Of a stretch of DNA of 64,000 bases, positions 34,246 to 43,496 are shown in pieces. Position 1 is the first letter of the stretch, and the number at the start of each line of letters is the position of its first letter. The stretch comes from Opitutales bacterium (GTDB lineage: Bacteria; Verrucomicrobiota; Verrucomicrobiia; Opitutales; UBA2995): positions 174,487 through 238,486 of the forward strand of contig CBDBFA010000002.1 of assembly GCA_965204545.1 (NCBI GenBank). Direction: 5' to 3'. The translations under genes were made by a program, and so were the position numbers. The notes beneath the pieces were generated by a model that saw only the letters and a list, made by a program, of their open reading frames with translations, was not told the DNA's origin and ran no database searches.

Positions 34246-34521
34246 TCAACCCATCAGGAAGCCTTTGCGGTGGGATACGCCCAGTACCTTTTTACACTCG
34301 CCGCAGTAGTAAAGAAAGCGAACTCCCAACAGAGTTTTGATTTTCTGCGCATGAATGGTTGTGATCACTTTTTCGCAATGGGGGCATACCGGAGGTTCCA
34401 GGGAATTTTCTTTGATTTCTATCATTTCAATGGGATGGACATGGTTGATGAAAGGAAGGAGTGAACCTCCCCTCAGGAATTCCTGTAGATTGAGATTACC
34501 GACCTCCCCTTGTCGACACAT
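34246..34521 (-). CDS. small zinc-ribbon-like hypothetical protein
   Basis: CPHCEK...CGECKK four-Cys pattern. The real start is probably MIEIKEN (about 59 aa). Divergent from the AbiE pair. Confidence 0.4.
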   Translation of the reverse strand: MCRQGEVGNLNLQEFLRGGSLLPFINHVHPIEMIEIKENSLEPPVCPHCEKVITTIHAQKIKTLLGVRFLYYCGECKKVLGVSHRKGFLMG

Positions 34522-34565
34522 TCTTTTTTGTTTACATTACTTGGCATTTATGCTGTTTTTCTTAA

Positions 34566-35204
34566 ATGAATTTTGACGCGTTGGTTTCGCTGACAGGGCA
34601 GCTTCCCTGGTTTGATCTCGCCATGCTCACCCAATTGACCGGAGAAGAAAAACGTTCCATCACCGGTCAACTGCACCGCTGGATCAAAGCTGAAAAGGTA
34701 ATTCATTTGCGGCGGAGCATGTACACATTGGCTGAACGTTATCGCCGTAAAACGCTTTCCCCCGCAGCCTTGGCCAATGCTCTCTACACCCCATCCTACC
34801 TCTCCACACTGTGGGCTCTCGGATTCTACGGCCTCATTCCGGAAAAGGTCGCTACCTACACCAGCGTATCGACTCGTGTAACACGACGATTCTCAAATCA
34901 GATTGGGTCATTCCATTTCTTCAGCGTTAAACAGGATTTCTTTTTTGGCTACGAATCGAGGATGATCGACGGGCAGCCGATCATGATGGCAAATCCTGAG
35001 AAAGCGCTATTCGACCATTGGCACCTGAATTCAGGTGAATGGAACTTCGACCGACTTGGAGAAATGCGTTATCAGCGCTTCGATTTGCTCGATACCCGGC
35101 GATTGCGTTCCCATGCTGACAGGTTCAAATCCCCCCGCCTGAATAGAGCTTTAAACAACTTTCTGCAACTGGGTTCAGAGGAAGACGAAGGAATCGAAAT
35201 ATGA
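34566..35204 (+). CDS. abiEi: AbiEi-family antitoxin / transcriptional regulator (type IV TA)
   Basis: 212 aa. N-terminal wHTH-like segment and TPSYLSTLWALGFYGLIPE signature. 4-nt overlap with abiEii. Confidence 0.75.
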   Translation: MNFDALVSLTGQLPWFDLAMLTQLTGEEKRSITGQLHRWIKAEKVIHLRRSMYTLAERYRRKTLSPAALANALYTPSYLSTLWALGFYGLIPEKVATYTSVSTRVTRRFSNQIGSFHFFSVKQDFFFGYESRMIDGQPIMMANPEKALFDHWHLNSGEWNFDRLGEMRYQRFDLLDTRRLRSHADRFKSPRLNRALNNFLQLGSEEDEGIEI

Positions 35205-36016
35205 AAGAAGCCGCCCTTGCCTTGACACAAGACCTCTCGGATCCGACGGAAAAATTGAATCGCCTCCGTGAGTATCTTCAGGCCTTCCTGCTTCGCTCTT
35301 TACATGAAAGCGAGGCATTCGCGTCTATCGCATTTGTGGGAGGCACCGCATTGCGCTTTTTGCACGGACATTCCCGATTCTCTGAAGATTTGGATTTCTC
35401 GGTATATCAAAATGAATTGTACGAGCCCATAAAATGGATGCGGAAAGCCAAGCGCGATCTGACTTACGCGGGGTTTCGGACTGAGATCCGATGGAATGAC
35501 CGGAAAAACGTCCACAACGGATGGGTCCGAATCAGCGAGATCCTAAAAGAGGCCGGATTGTCAGCCATTGAGAATCAGAAGCTCTCCATCAAATTGGAGA
35601 TCGACACACGACCTCCTGAAGGAGAATCCCGGGAACGATCGCTTGTTACGCGTCACCTGACCATCGCCCTATGCCACTACGATTTGCCTTCGCTATTTGC
35701 GGGCAAGTTGCATGCCCTCATTTCACGAACCTATACAAAGGGCCGCGACTGGTATGATCTCGTGTGGTACCTTTCCCATCGACCGCCAATACTCCCAAAT
35801 CTTGCACTTCTTCAGAACGCCTTGAATCAAACCCACCTCGATTTTCAATTAAATGCCGATAACTGGATTGAACTACTTCTGGGGAAACTTGAAACCCTGG
35901 ATACGAAGGCGCTTATCGAAGACGTAGAGGCCTTTCTGGAAAGACCGGAAGACGTAGCTCTTCTGACTCGCCAGAATCTCCTTACCATTTTGAAGGAAAG
36001 TGCGAACTTGGGATAG
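35201..36016 (+). CDS. abiEii: AbiEii/AbiGii nucleotidyltransferase toxin (DUF1814)
   Basis: 271 aa. FVGGTALRFLHGHSRFSEDLDFS is the typical AbiEii NTase motif. Confidence 0.8.
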   Translation: MKEAALALTQDLSDPTEKLNRLREYLQAFLLRSLHESEAFASIAFVGGTALRFLHGHSRFSEDLDFSVYQNELYEPIKWMRKAKRDLTYAGFRTEIRWNDRKNVHNGWVRISEILKEAGLSAIENQKLSIKLEIDTRPPEGESRERSLVTRHLTIALCHYDLPSLFAGKLHALISRTYTKGRDWYDLVWYLSHRPPILPNLALLQNALNQTHLDFQLNADNWIELLLGKLETLDTKALIEDVEAFLERPEDVALLTRQNLLTILKESANLG

Positions 36017-36153
36017 TGTGATGTAATTCAAAAGTAACCACTCAGATACCTTAAACGCTCGTCCGCATGGAATTTTTATTGATAACCCGTTACGAAACTG
36101 TAGGAGGGGGAGAAGGCGCCGAGGGCACCAATTAGGAATTAAGTATCAACCAG

Positions 36154-37518
36154 ATGAAAATTATGAAAATACTTACCGGGAACCTTACCCAATTCCTGAC
36201 CATGGTCGGGATGCTGACCATTGCTCCGGCATTCCTTTTCGCGGCCTCAGCCGAGCAACCCAATATCGTGGTGATACTCACGGACGACCAGGGATACGCC
36301 GACATCAGCTTCAATCCGAATCACCCCGAAGAGGTGTCGACACCCAACCTGGACAAGTTGGCGCGGGAAGGAGTGTTTTTCTCTCAGGCCTATACCAGCG
36401 GCCACGTCTGTTCGCCCACCAGAGCCGGTCTGATGCTGGGACGCTACCAACAACGGGTCGGAGTCTATACAGCCGGTGACGGAGGTAGAGGATTCGATCC
36501 GAAGCTGCCCATCTTTCCCGGCTTCCTGCCCCGCCAATACACCAGCATGGCAATTGGCAAATGGCACCTGGGATTGGACAAAGATTATCCAAAGCTCAAA
36601 TGGCATGCCTTGAACCGCGGTTTCGACGAATGTTATAAATTCATGGGAAGAGGTGGACACGATTACTTCAAATTACAAGGGGTTAATAACACCGACTATG
36701 CCCCGATCTACCGTGACAAAACCCGATTGAAGCCCGAGGAGTATCGAGGTTATCTGACCACCCGTTTAACCGAAGAAGCGGTCGATTTCATCGATCGCCA
36801 AAAGGACAACCCTTTCTTTCTCTACCTGGCCTACAACGCGGTGCATGCGCCGGCCCAAGCCCCCCAGGAGGATATCGAACGCTACCGAAAGAAATTTCCC
36901 AACCTCACTGAGAAGAGGGCCATCCTCATGGCCATGCTCTACCACCTCGATTTGGGGGTGGGTTCGATTATCGATAAGCTGAAGGACGAGGGGTTATGGG
37001 AAAACACCCTCCTGTTTTTCCTCACCGACAATGGAGGCGCCAGGGCCATGGAAGCCGACAATGGCATACTGCGAGGATTCAAAGGCAGTCTCTACGAAGG
37101 GGGAGTTCGCACGCCCTGGGTAGTGACCTGGCCCGCCAGATTCAAAGGAGGACGCACCCTGCATACCCCCGTCATCTCCCTGGACATTCTTCCCACCGTA
37201 TTGGACGCCCTCGGGATAAAAGCGCCTGAGAAAACCCCCTTCGACGGCAAGAGCCTCCTGCCGTTGCTGGACGGCCAATCCTCCGAGCATCATTCCGAAC
37301 TTTACTTCAACAGCGGAGAACCCAAAGGGGAATGGGCCGTCCGTCAGGGCGATTGGAAAGCTCACGGTTTCAAGGAATCCTTCGAGCTCTACAATCTGGC
37401 CAACGACCCCTCCGAAAAAAAAGACCTGGCCTCAAAAAACCCCGCCAAGGCAAAGGAACTGTTCCAACTTCACGCAGCCTGGTTAAAGGAAATGGTAAGG
37501 TCCGAGAAGGCACAATAA
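36154..37518 (+). CDS. formylglycine-dependent sulfatase (arylsulfatase A-like)
   Basis: 454 aa. Signal peptide. VILTDDQGYADI and canonical CSPTRAGLMLG. Confidence 0.9.
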   Translation: MKIMKILTGNLTQFLTMVGMLTIAPAFLFAASAEQPNIVVILTDDQGYADISFNPNHPEEVSTPNLDKLAREGVFFSQAYTSGHVCSPTRAGLMLGRYQQRVGVYTAGDGGRGFDPKLPIFPGFLPRQYTSMAIGKWHLGLDKDYPKLKWHALNRGFDECYKFMGRGGHDYFKLQGVNNTDYAPIYRDKTRLKPEEYRGYLTTRLTEEAVDFIDRQKDNPFFLYLAYNAVHAPAQAPQEDIERYRKKFPNLTEKRAILMAMLYHLDLGVGSIIDKLKDEGLWENTLLFFLTDNGGARAMEADNGILRGFKGSLYEGGVRTPWVVTWPARFKGGRTLHTPVISLDILPTVLDALGIKAPEKTPFDGKSLLPLLDGQSSEHHSELYFNSGEPKGEWAVRQGDWKAHGFKESFELYNLANDPSEKKDLASKNPAKAKELFQLHAAWLKEMVRSEKAQ

Positions 37519-37766
37519 TCCACATTTGTCGGAGTCATGCCTTGAAAAAGTTATGCCTTAAAGGGTCGGACATCGCGCCATTCAAATCGGTAACCTATTC
37601 CAGCATCCAGCACCCAATTCCTAATTCCTAATTCGCGCCCTTGGGCGCTTTCCCCTTTTCCTCCACAAGCGTTCCTACATCCGCCATGGTGGTCCTTCCC
37701 TCGTTTTACCTTCCCCGAGATTCCTTGTAGTTCACCTCGGGTCGATTCACACTACCGGGCAGAAAA

Positions 37767-39158
37767 ATGACCCGTAAACAATTGATCCGTCTGGGCGTGC
37801 CTCCAGGCAACCCTATTCGGCAAACCGCCAACTTCATTGCCGGGTATATGAAAGGCGGCGGCGAATCATCGCGTCTCGAGGAGGAAATTCGAGCCGTGCT
37901 GGCCCGTCCCGAAGCGTTTCTGGGAGACCCCTTGCGCACGGGTTTGGCCAAATCCCTCATGCAAGCGCCCCGTCGCCGAGCCCAATCCGTCAGCTACCGT
38001 CAATGGGGGAAGGACCTCGAGCCAACGGCTGTCAATCAAATGGATAATGCCTGCAAATTGCCGATATCGGTTGCCGGAGCGCTCATGCCCGATGCTCATC
38101 CCGGTTACGGGCTTCCCATCGGAGGGGTTCTGGCCACGGAAAATGCCGTCATTCCCTATGCCGTCGGGGTCGATATTGCCTGCCGCGTGAAAATGACCGT
38201 AACGGATATTCCCGTGGACAATTTGGAAAGCAAAAGGCAACGCCTGACCAAAGCGATCAAGGCGGAAACCCGATTCGGTATCGGCGCGAAATTTCGGAAA
38301 CGGCGACAACATGACGTCCTGGACCGGGACTGGTCGGTCAGCCCGGTTACCAGGTCCTGTAAAGACCGGGCCTGGGCACAGTTGGGAACCAGTGGCAGCG
38401 GTAATCATTTTGTGGAATTCGGCGTCTTCAGCGTCGCCCATGAGCTGGAAGGATTACCCCCAGGCCGCTACGTTGCCTTGTTGAGTCACAGCGGCAGCCG
38501 CGGCACGGGCGCCGCCGTCTGCAGACATTACAGTCGGTTGGCCGCTTCCCAACACCGGAATTTAACGGGGAAGCTGAAGCAACTGGCCTGGCTTTCCCTC
38601 GATGAAGCCGACGGCCAGGAATATTGGGCCGCCATGGAGTTGATGGGGCGCTATGCCTCGGCCAATCATGCCGTGATCCATCGGCACATGGCGGATCATC
38701 TTGGGTATGAGGTGTTGCTGGATTTGGAAAACCATCACAATTTTGCCTGGAAGGAACGACACTTCATCGAGGGCAGGGAGCGGGAAGTCATCGTCCATCG
38801 CAAAGGAGCCACGCCGGCGGGCGAAGGAGTCCTGGGCATTATTCCCGGTTCCATGGCTTCCCCGGGATTTGTGGTAGAGGGAAAGGGCAAGGCCCAATCC
38901 CTCAAATCGGCCGCACACGGAGCGGGCCGGGTGATGAGCCGCAGACAGGCCAAACGAACCTTGAGTTGGAAGCATATGAATCGGGTTCTGGCCGACAGCG
39001 GGGTTTCCCTGATCTCGGCCGGCCTGGATGAGGCTCCCATGGTTTACAAGGATATCCACAGGGTCATGGCTGCCCAAAAGGATCTGGTCGAAGTAAAGGG
39101 ACGGTTCGATCCGCAACTGGTGAAAATGGCTCCCGCCGGCGAACGGCCGGAGGATTGA
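37767..39158 (+). CDS. rtcB: RtcB-family RNA 3'-phosphate ligase with a roughly 75-aa N-terminal extension
   Basis: [36 protein letters not shown] and PMVYKD motifs. Confidence 0.85.
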   Translation: MTRKQLIRLGVPPGNPIRQTANFIAGYMKGGGESSRLEEEIRAVLARPEAFLGDPLRTGLAKSLMQAPRRRAQSVSYRQWGKDLEPTAVNQMDNACKLPISVAGALMPDAHPGYGLPIGGVLATENAVIPYAVGVDIACRVKMTVTDIPVDNLESKRQRLTKAIKAETRFGIGAKFRKRRQHDVLDRDWSVSPVTRSCKDRAWAQLGTSGSGNHFVEFGVFSVAHELEGLPPGRYVALLSHSGSRGTGAAVCRHYSRLAASQHRNLTGKLKQLAWLSLDEADGQEYWAAMELMGRYASANHAVIHRHMADHLGYEVLLDLENHHNFAWKERHFIEGREREVIVHRKGATPAGEGVLGIIPGSMASPGFVVEGKGKAQSLKSAAHGAGRVMSRRQAKRTLSWKHMNRVLADSGVSLISAGLDEAPMVYKDIHRVMAAQKDLVEVKGRFDPQLVKMAPAGERPED

Positions 39159-39178
39159 GGATAGATGAAAGAAGAATA

Positions 39179-40294
39179 ATGAGCAAAGTTAGAGTTTTAG
39201 TCGGCACCCGCAAAGGGGCCTTTATCCTGACATCCGATGAAGCCCGCCAGGATTGGGAAGTGGAGGGGCCCCATTTCGCAGGATGGGAGGTCTTCCATGT
39301 CAAAGGGTCTCCGGTGGACCCCGACCGCATTTACGCAGCAAAGGTTCTGGAGTGGTTTGGACAGGTCATAAATCGTTCGGATGACGGCGGAAAAACCTGG
39401 CAACCGGTGGGCAAGGAGTTCGACTGCCTGGGTGCACCAAGCCGGCACCAATGGTACGATGGAACGATGCGAAATTGGGCCTTCAAACGGGTCTGGCACC
39501 TGGAACCCTCTCTTACCGATCCCGACACCTTATTGGCCGGGGTGGAGGATGCCGCTCTGTTCAAGTCGACCGATGGCGGACAATCCTGGACCGAACTACC
39601 CGGACTGCGCCGACATGGGACCGGTGCGAAGTGGCAACCGGGGGCGGGGGGCATGTGTCTTCACACCATTCTGGAGGATCCCAAACATCCCGGGCGAATC
39701 TATGTCGCCATCTCAGCGGCGGGTGTTTTTCGAACGGACGATGCGGGTGAAACCTGGAAACCTATCAACCGGGGACTGCACTCGGAACATATTCCCAACC
39801 CCACTGCCTCGGTTGGACATTGCGTGCATCGAATCGCCTTCCACCCTTCCAAACCGGACGTCCTTTTCATGCAAAAGCATTGGGACGTCATGCGAAGCGA
39901 CGACGCCGGTGAATCCTGGTATGAAATCAGCGGCAACCTTCCGAGCGATTTCGGGTTTCCCATCGAAGTTCATGCCCATGAACCGGAAACGGTATACGTC
40001 ATTCCCTTAAAGAGCGATTCCGAGCGATTTCCCCCTCGGGGCAAGCTCCGCGTATACCGGAGCCGCACCGGAGGAAACGACTGGGAGCCCTTGACCAATG
40101 GACTCCCCCAAAAAAACTGTTATGTCAACGTGCTGCGCGACGCTACTTCCATCGATACCATGGATCCATGCGGTATCTATTTCGGCACTACGGCCGGGCA
40201 GGTTTATGGTTCACCCGATGGTGGAGATCATTGGATAACCCTGGTTGAGAATCTTCCAGCCGTCTACTCGGTGGAGGCCCAAATCCTGCCATGA
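39179..40294 (+). CDS. BNR/Asp-box beta-propeller protein (sialidase-like fold, no signal peptide)
   Basis: Start at [15 protein letters not shown]. Asp-boxes [45 protein letters not shown]. Confidence 0.75.
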   Translation: MSKVRVLVGTRKGAFILTSDEARQDWEVEGPHFAGWEVFHVKGSPVDPDRIYAAKVLEWFGQVINRSDDGGKTWQPVGKEFDCLGAPSRHQWYDGTMRNWAFKRVWHLEPSLTDPDTLLAGVEDAALFKSTDGGQSWTELPGLRRHGTGAKWQPGAGGMCLHTILEDPKHPGRIYVAISAAGVFRTDDAGETWKPINRGLHSEHIPNPTASVGHCVHRIAFHPSKPDVLFMQKHWDVMRSDDAGESWYEISGNLPSDFGFPIEVHAHEPETVYVIPLKSDSERFPPRGKLRVYRSRTGGNDWEPLTNGLPQKNCYVNVLRDATSIDTMDPCGIYFGTTAGQVYGSPDGGDHWITLVENLPAVYSVEAQILP

Positions 40295-40587
40295 TACGGG
40301 TGATCCTTCCCTTTCACCTGCAAACCCTGGCTTCAGTGGGCTGGGAAGTGGAACTCGAGGTCGATGGCCCCGTAACCCTGACTGCTGCCCTGGACTCCCT
40401 GGAAGCGCGATTTCCGGTACTGGTTGGGACTATTCGGGATTCCGGAAGTAATGTGCGGCGACCCCTTTTGCGATTCTTTGCCTGTAACCGGGACCTGACT
40501 CACCTTTCACCGGATAAGCCCTTACCCGAAGCCGTGGCCAAAGGAGCCGAACCCCTCATAATTCTCGGCGCCATTGCCGGCGGCTGA
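40291..40587 (+). CDS. MoaD/ThiS-family ubiquitin-like beta-grasp protein ending in Gly-Gly
   Basis: 98 aa. [14 protein letters not shown]...VLVGTIRD...[10 protein letters not shown]...ILGAIAGG-stop. The ATG overlaps the BNR stop (ATGA). Confidence 0.7.
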   Translation: MIRVILPFHLQTLASVGWEVELEVDGPVTLTAALDSLEARFPVLVGTIRDSGSNVRRPLLRFFACNRDLTHLSPDKPLPEAVAKGAEPLIILGAIAGG

Positions 40588-40616
40588 CCAGAACGGAATT
40601 GAGGTGATGTCAGCTA

Positions 40617-40886
40617 CTATTCTCCATAGTGGGTCCACATTCTGATTACCTTCACTGTCTTCTCCTCTTCAAAGACTTGGTAAATCAATCGGTGCTGGAT
40701 ATTGATTCGTCGCGAATAGGTGCCAACCAGATTACCCACAAGCGGTTCAAACCTGGGAGGGTTTTGAAAAGGATCATTCTGCAGGATTTCAAGTAAAGCC
40801 GAGGCCTTATCCTTTAAATTACTTCTGCTGATCTTCTTTGCATCTTTTTGGGCCTGCTTGGTGTAGACCAGCTTGTAGTTTACCAT
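40617..40886 (-). CDS. yoeB: YoeB/Txe-family toxin (ribosome-dependent mRNA interferase)
   Basis: 89 aa. PFQNPPRFEPLVGNLVGTYSRRINIQHRLIYQV...WTHY. Confidence 0.85.
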   Translation of the reverse strand: MVNYKLVYTKQAQKDAKKISRSNLKDKASALLEILQNDPFQNPPRFEPLVGNLVGTYSRRINIQHRLIYQVFEEEKTVKVIRMWTHYGE

Positions 40887-41122
40887 TCGAGTTTATCGCT
40901 GCACTCCTCAATGCCTTCATTCATTCCTTCTTTGATGGAATCGATCATTCCCGGAATCATACTGAGGTGAATCGTTTCAGAAATAGCTCTCCAATCGTCC
41001 TCAGATATCAGAACTGCATTTCCGCGTTTTCCAGTAATCTGGATAGGAATATGCGACTCATTGGCTTGATCAATGAGTGAATACAGCTTGTTTCTGGCCT
41101 GGGTTGCACTAATGGTCGTCAT
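40880..41122 (-). CDS. yefM: Phd/YefM-family antitoxin
   Basis: 80 aa. TISATQARNKLYSLIDQANESHIPIQITGKRGNAVLISEDDW. Overlaps yoeB by 7 nt. Confidence 0.85.
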   Translation of the reverse strand: MTTISATQARNKLYSLIDQANESHIPIQITGKRGNAVLISEDDWRAISETIHLSMIPGMIDSIKEGMNEGIEECSDKLEW

Positions 41123-41241
41123 GAGGAAAAGCGTGCGTTATTGCGTGCGTTTTGTCAACTTCCCTATTCCATCACTCCCCCCTTCTTTGCGCCCTTGGCG
41201 AGCTTTGCGAGAGTCATTTCCTGTAGATATATTCACACAAA

Positions 41242-41373
41242 CGGCGGACTTTTCGAGGATTGAATTGGCCTTGGGGATATTTGAATTCTTGGAGGGATTA
41301 ACCACAGAGGACTCAGAGGTAATTCCTAATTCGCGCCTTTGGCGCTCTCCCTCTGTGGTAAATCATTTTAAGG
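41242..41373 (+). repeat. mosaic intergenic repeat X (short version of repeat Y at 48015)
   Basis: Shares CGGCGGA..GAGGATTGAATTGGCCTT..ATTTGAATTCTTGGAGGG and GCCTTTGGCGCT..CCCTCTGTGGTAAAT with 48015-48225. The 19-mer ACCACAGAGGACTCAGAGG is the exact reverse complement of 48196-48214. Confidence 0.7.
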
Positions 41374-41449
41374 AAAAAATTCAGTTTTTGAACTTGTTTT
41401 CGAGGAAAACGCGGCTAGGTTCAAACGATCGTTTCAAACAAACGTTTGT

Positions 41450-42106
41450 ATGACTGAGACCAAGATCAAGATCCTGGAAGCGGCCGAGGTGGAATTTGCC
41501 GACAATGGATTCAATGGCGCATCCATACGCAACATCACACAGCGCGCCGGGGTCAATATAGCCTCGATCAATTATCACTTCGGGTCCAAGGAATTCCTCT
41601 TCCGGGAAATGTTTCACTTCAGGTTCGCCCCGATCAACGAGATCCGCCTTTCCCGTCTGCGGGAAGAACAGGAGCTGAGGGGAGGCGCCCCGGTACCGCT
41701 CGAGTTGGTCATTCGCATACTGGTGGCTCCGGTATTCGAGCTTTTGCTGAGCGAAGCCGATCAACCGCCCCCGCGTTTTGTCCTGGCCATAGCCCGCTGC
41801 ATGTCCGAACCGCTCGAGTTGTTCACGCGCCTGGGCCGCGAAGTCTTTCAGGAGGTTTACGAAAAATTTTTTGCGGCAATTCGAGATGCGCTTCCTCAAG
41901 CGGATGCAGAACAAGTCCAGCTTCAACTGAATTTCGCCGTTTCCTCCATGGTGGGAATGCTAACCCATTTTTCGCGCATCGAACAGTTGGTTGGCGCCAA
42001 CCTGTTCCGCCGGCAAAAAGACGAAATCCTTCAACAATTCATTACCTTTATCACCAGTGGGATAAGCGGTTGTGTGGCGGTTAATTCCCGGCATGAAGAG
42101 CGTTAA
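41450..42106 (+). CDS. TetR/AcrR-family transcriptional regulator
   Basis: 218 aa. KILEAAEVEFADNGFNGASIRNITQRAGVNIASINYHFGSKE HTH. Confidence 0.85.
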   Translation: MTETKIKILEAAEVEFADNGFNGASIRNITQRAGVNIASINYHFGSKEFLFREMFHFRFAPINEIRLSRLREEQELRGGAPVPLELVIRILVAPVFELLLSEADQPPPRFVLAIARCMSEPLELFTRLGREVFQEVYEKFFAAIRDALPQADAEQVQLQLNFAVSSMVGMLTHFSRIEQLVGANLFRRQKDEILQQFITFITSGISGCVAVNSRHEER

Positions 42107-43496
42107 ACATATTCTATTGTCCGTCCTGGTATTTGCCCTGGCAACCGGCTGCCAGACTTCCCCTCCATCCTCCCAAAATGAATTGCCGGAGGTCCGGGAA
42201 TTGATTCCGGACAATTGGAGTCAACCGGTTCTTTCCGGGACGTTCTCCACCAATTGGCTGGAAGACCTGGGGGACGAACAGGTGCTGGAACTGATCGAGT
42301 CCGCATTTGAAAAGAATCCCTCCCTTCAGGCGGCGGTATATCGCTTGCAGCAAGCGGAAGCCAACGCCCAGATCGTCGGCGCGGTGCGCTACCCTACCCT
42401 TCAACTGGCCCTTGCCGGCAATAAGCAGAAATTTCTATTTAGTGGAATCGGTCGGTTCCAGGCCTCAAATTACAATCTGGCGCTCAGTTCACGGTGGGAA
42501 ATCGACGTGTGGGGAAAAATCAGGGACCGGCACCGCGTTGCCCTTGGTAACCTGGAAGCTGCCGGATACGATTTGGAGGCAGTCCGCTTATCCCTCGTTT
42601 CTCAAGTTTGCAAGGCCTGGTACAACGCAAAGGAAGCGTTGAATCAGTATCGGTTGGCAGTGGATACGGCCGATAGTTTTGCGGCCAATTTAAAGACTCT
42701 GGAAAAACGCTACGAGCGCGGTTTGACCGACGCTTTCGACCTCCGGCTTTCGCGAGCGCAGGCGGCGAGCGCCCGCGCCGTGGTACAATCCCGCAAAACC
42801 GCATTCGATGGCACGGTGCGGCTTCTGGAAACACTGTTAGGGGAATACCCCGGAGCCGGAATGGAAATACCGGAAACGCTTCCCTCGACCATGAAGCCGA
42901 TCCCCGCCCATCTTCCGTCCTCTTTGCTGGAACAGCGTCCCGACCTCAAGGCGGTGGAACGGCGATTGGCCGCTTTGAGCTCGAATTTGGACGCGGCTCG
43001 AAAAAACCGACTGCCAGCCATTTCCCTGACCGGCAGCTTAGGCACTGCCTCGGAAGACCTGAGGGACCTGATCAGCGATGACTTTACCGTATGGTCTCTG
43101 GCGGGAAACCTGGCCGCATCCATCTTTCAAGGGGGAAGCCTGGAAGGGGAGCAGAATCTGGCCGAAGCCCAATACCGGGAACAGTTGGCCCAATACGAAT
43201 CGGCTATCCTCAATGCCTTCCGGGAAGTGGAGTCGGCCTTGGCCAACCATGAGTTCTTCAGCGAACTGGAATCGGAGGTCGGGGCAGCGGCGGAACAGAA
43301 TGCAAAAGCCCTGGACCAGGCCTGGGACCTCTACGAGCGCGGACTGATTGACATCATCGCGGTGCTCGAGGCCGAGAGGCGCTCCTTTACCACGCGTAGC
43401 GACCACATATTGGCCATAAACCGTATCGTGCAAAACCGCATCGATCTCTACGTCGCCCTCGGAGGCGGATTCAACGGAGAGGGAATCAATTTATGA
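42093..43496 (+). CDS. RND efflux outer-membrane factor lipoprotein (NodT/TolC family)
   Basis: Start at MKSVKHILLSVLVFALATGC (lipobox). Two-repeat TolC-like sequence. Confidence 0.8.
   Translation: MKSVKHILLSVLVFALATGCQTSPPSSQNELPEVRELIPDNWSQPVLSGTFSTNWLEDLGDEQVLELIESAFEKNPSLQAAVYRLQQAEANAQIVGAVRYPTLQLALAGNKQKFLFSGIGRFQASNYNLALSSRWEIDVWGKIRDRHRVALGNLEAAGYDLEAVRLSLVSQVCKAWYNAKEALNQYRLAVDTADSFAANLKTLEKRYERGLTDAFDLRLSRAQAASARAVVQSRKTAFDGTVRLLETLLGEYPGAGMEIPETLPSTMKPIPAHLPSSLLEQRPDLKAVERRLAALSSNLDAARKNRLPAISLTGSLGTASEDLRDLISDDFTVWSLAGNLAASIFQGGSLEGEQNLAEAQYREQLAQYESAILNAFREVESALANHEFFSELESEVGAAAEQNAKALDQAWDLYERGLIDIIAVLEAERRSFTTRSDHILAINRIVQNRIDLYVALGGGFNGEGINL

Noticed and set aside
35122-35132. 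tRNA-like T-arm string GGTTCAAATCC
   Set aside because: It lies inside the abiEi coding frame. No acceptor or anticodon stems can be drawn around it. No other tRNA-like sequence was seen in the intergenic regions.
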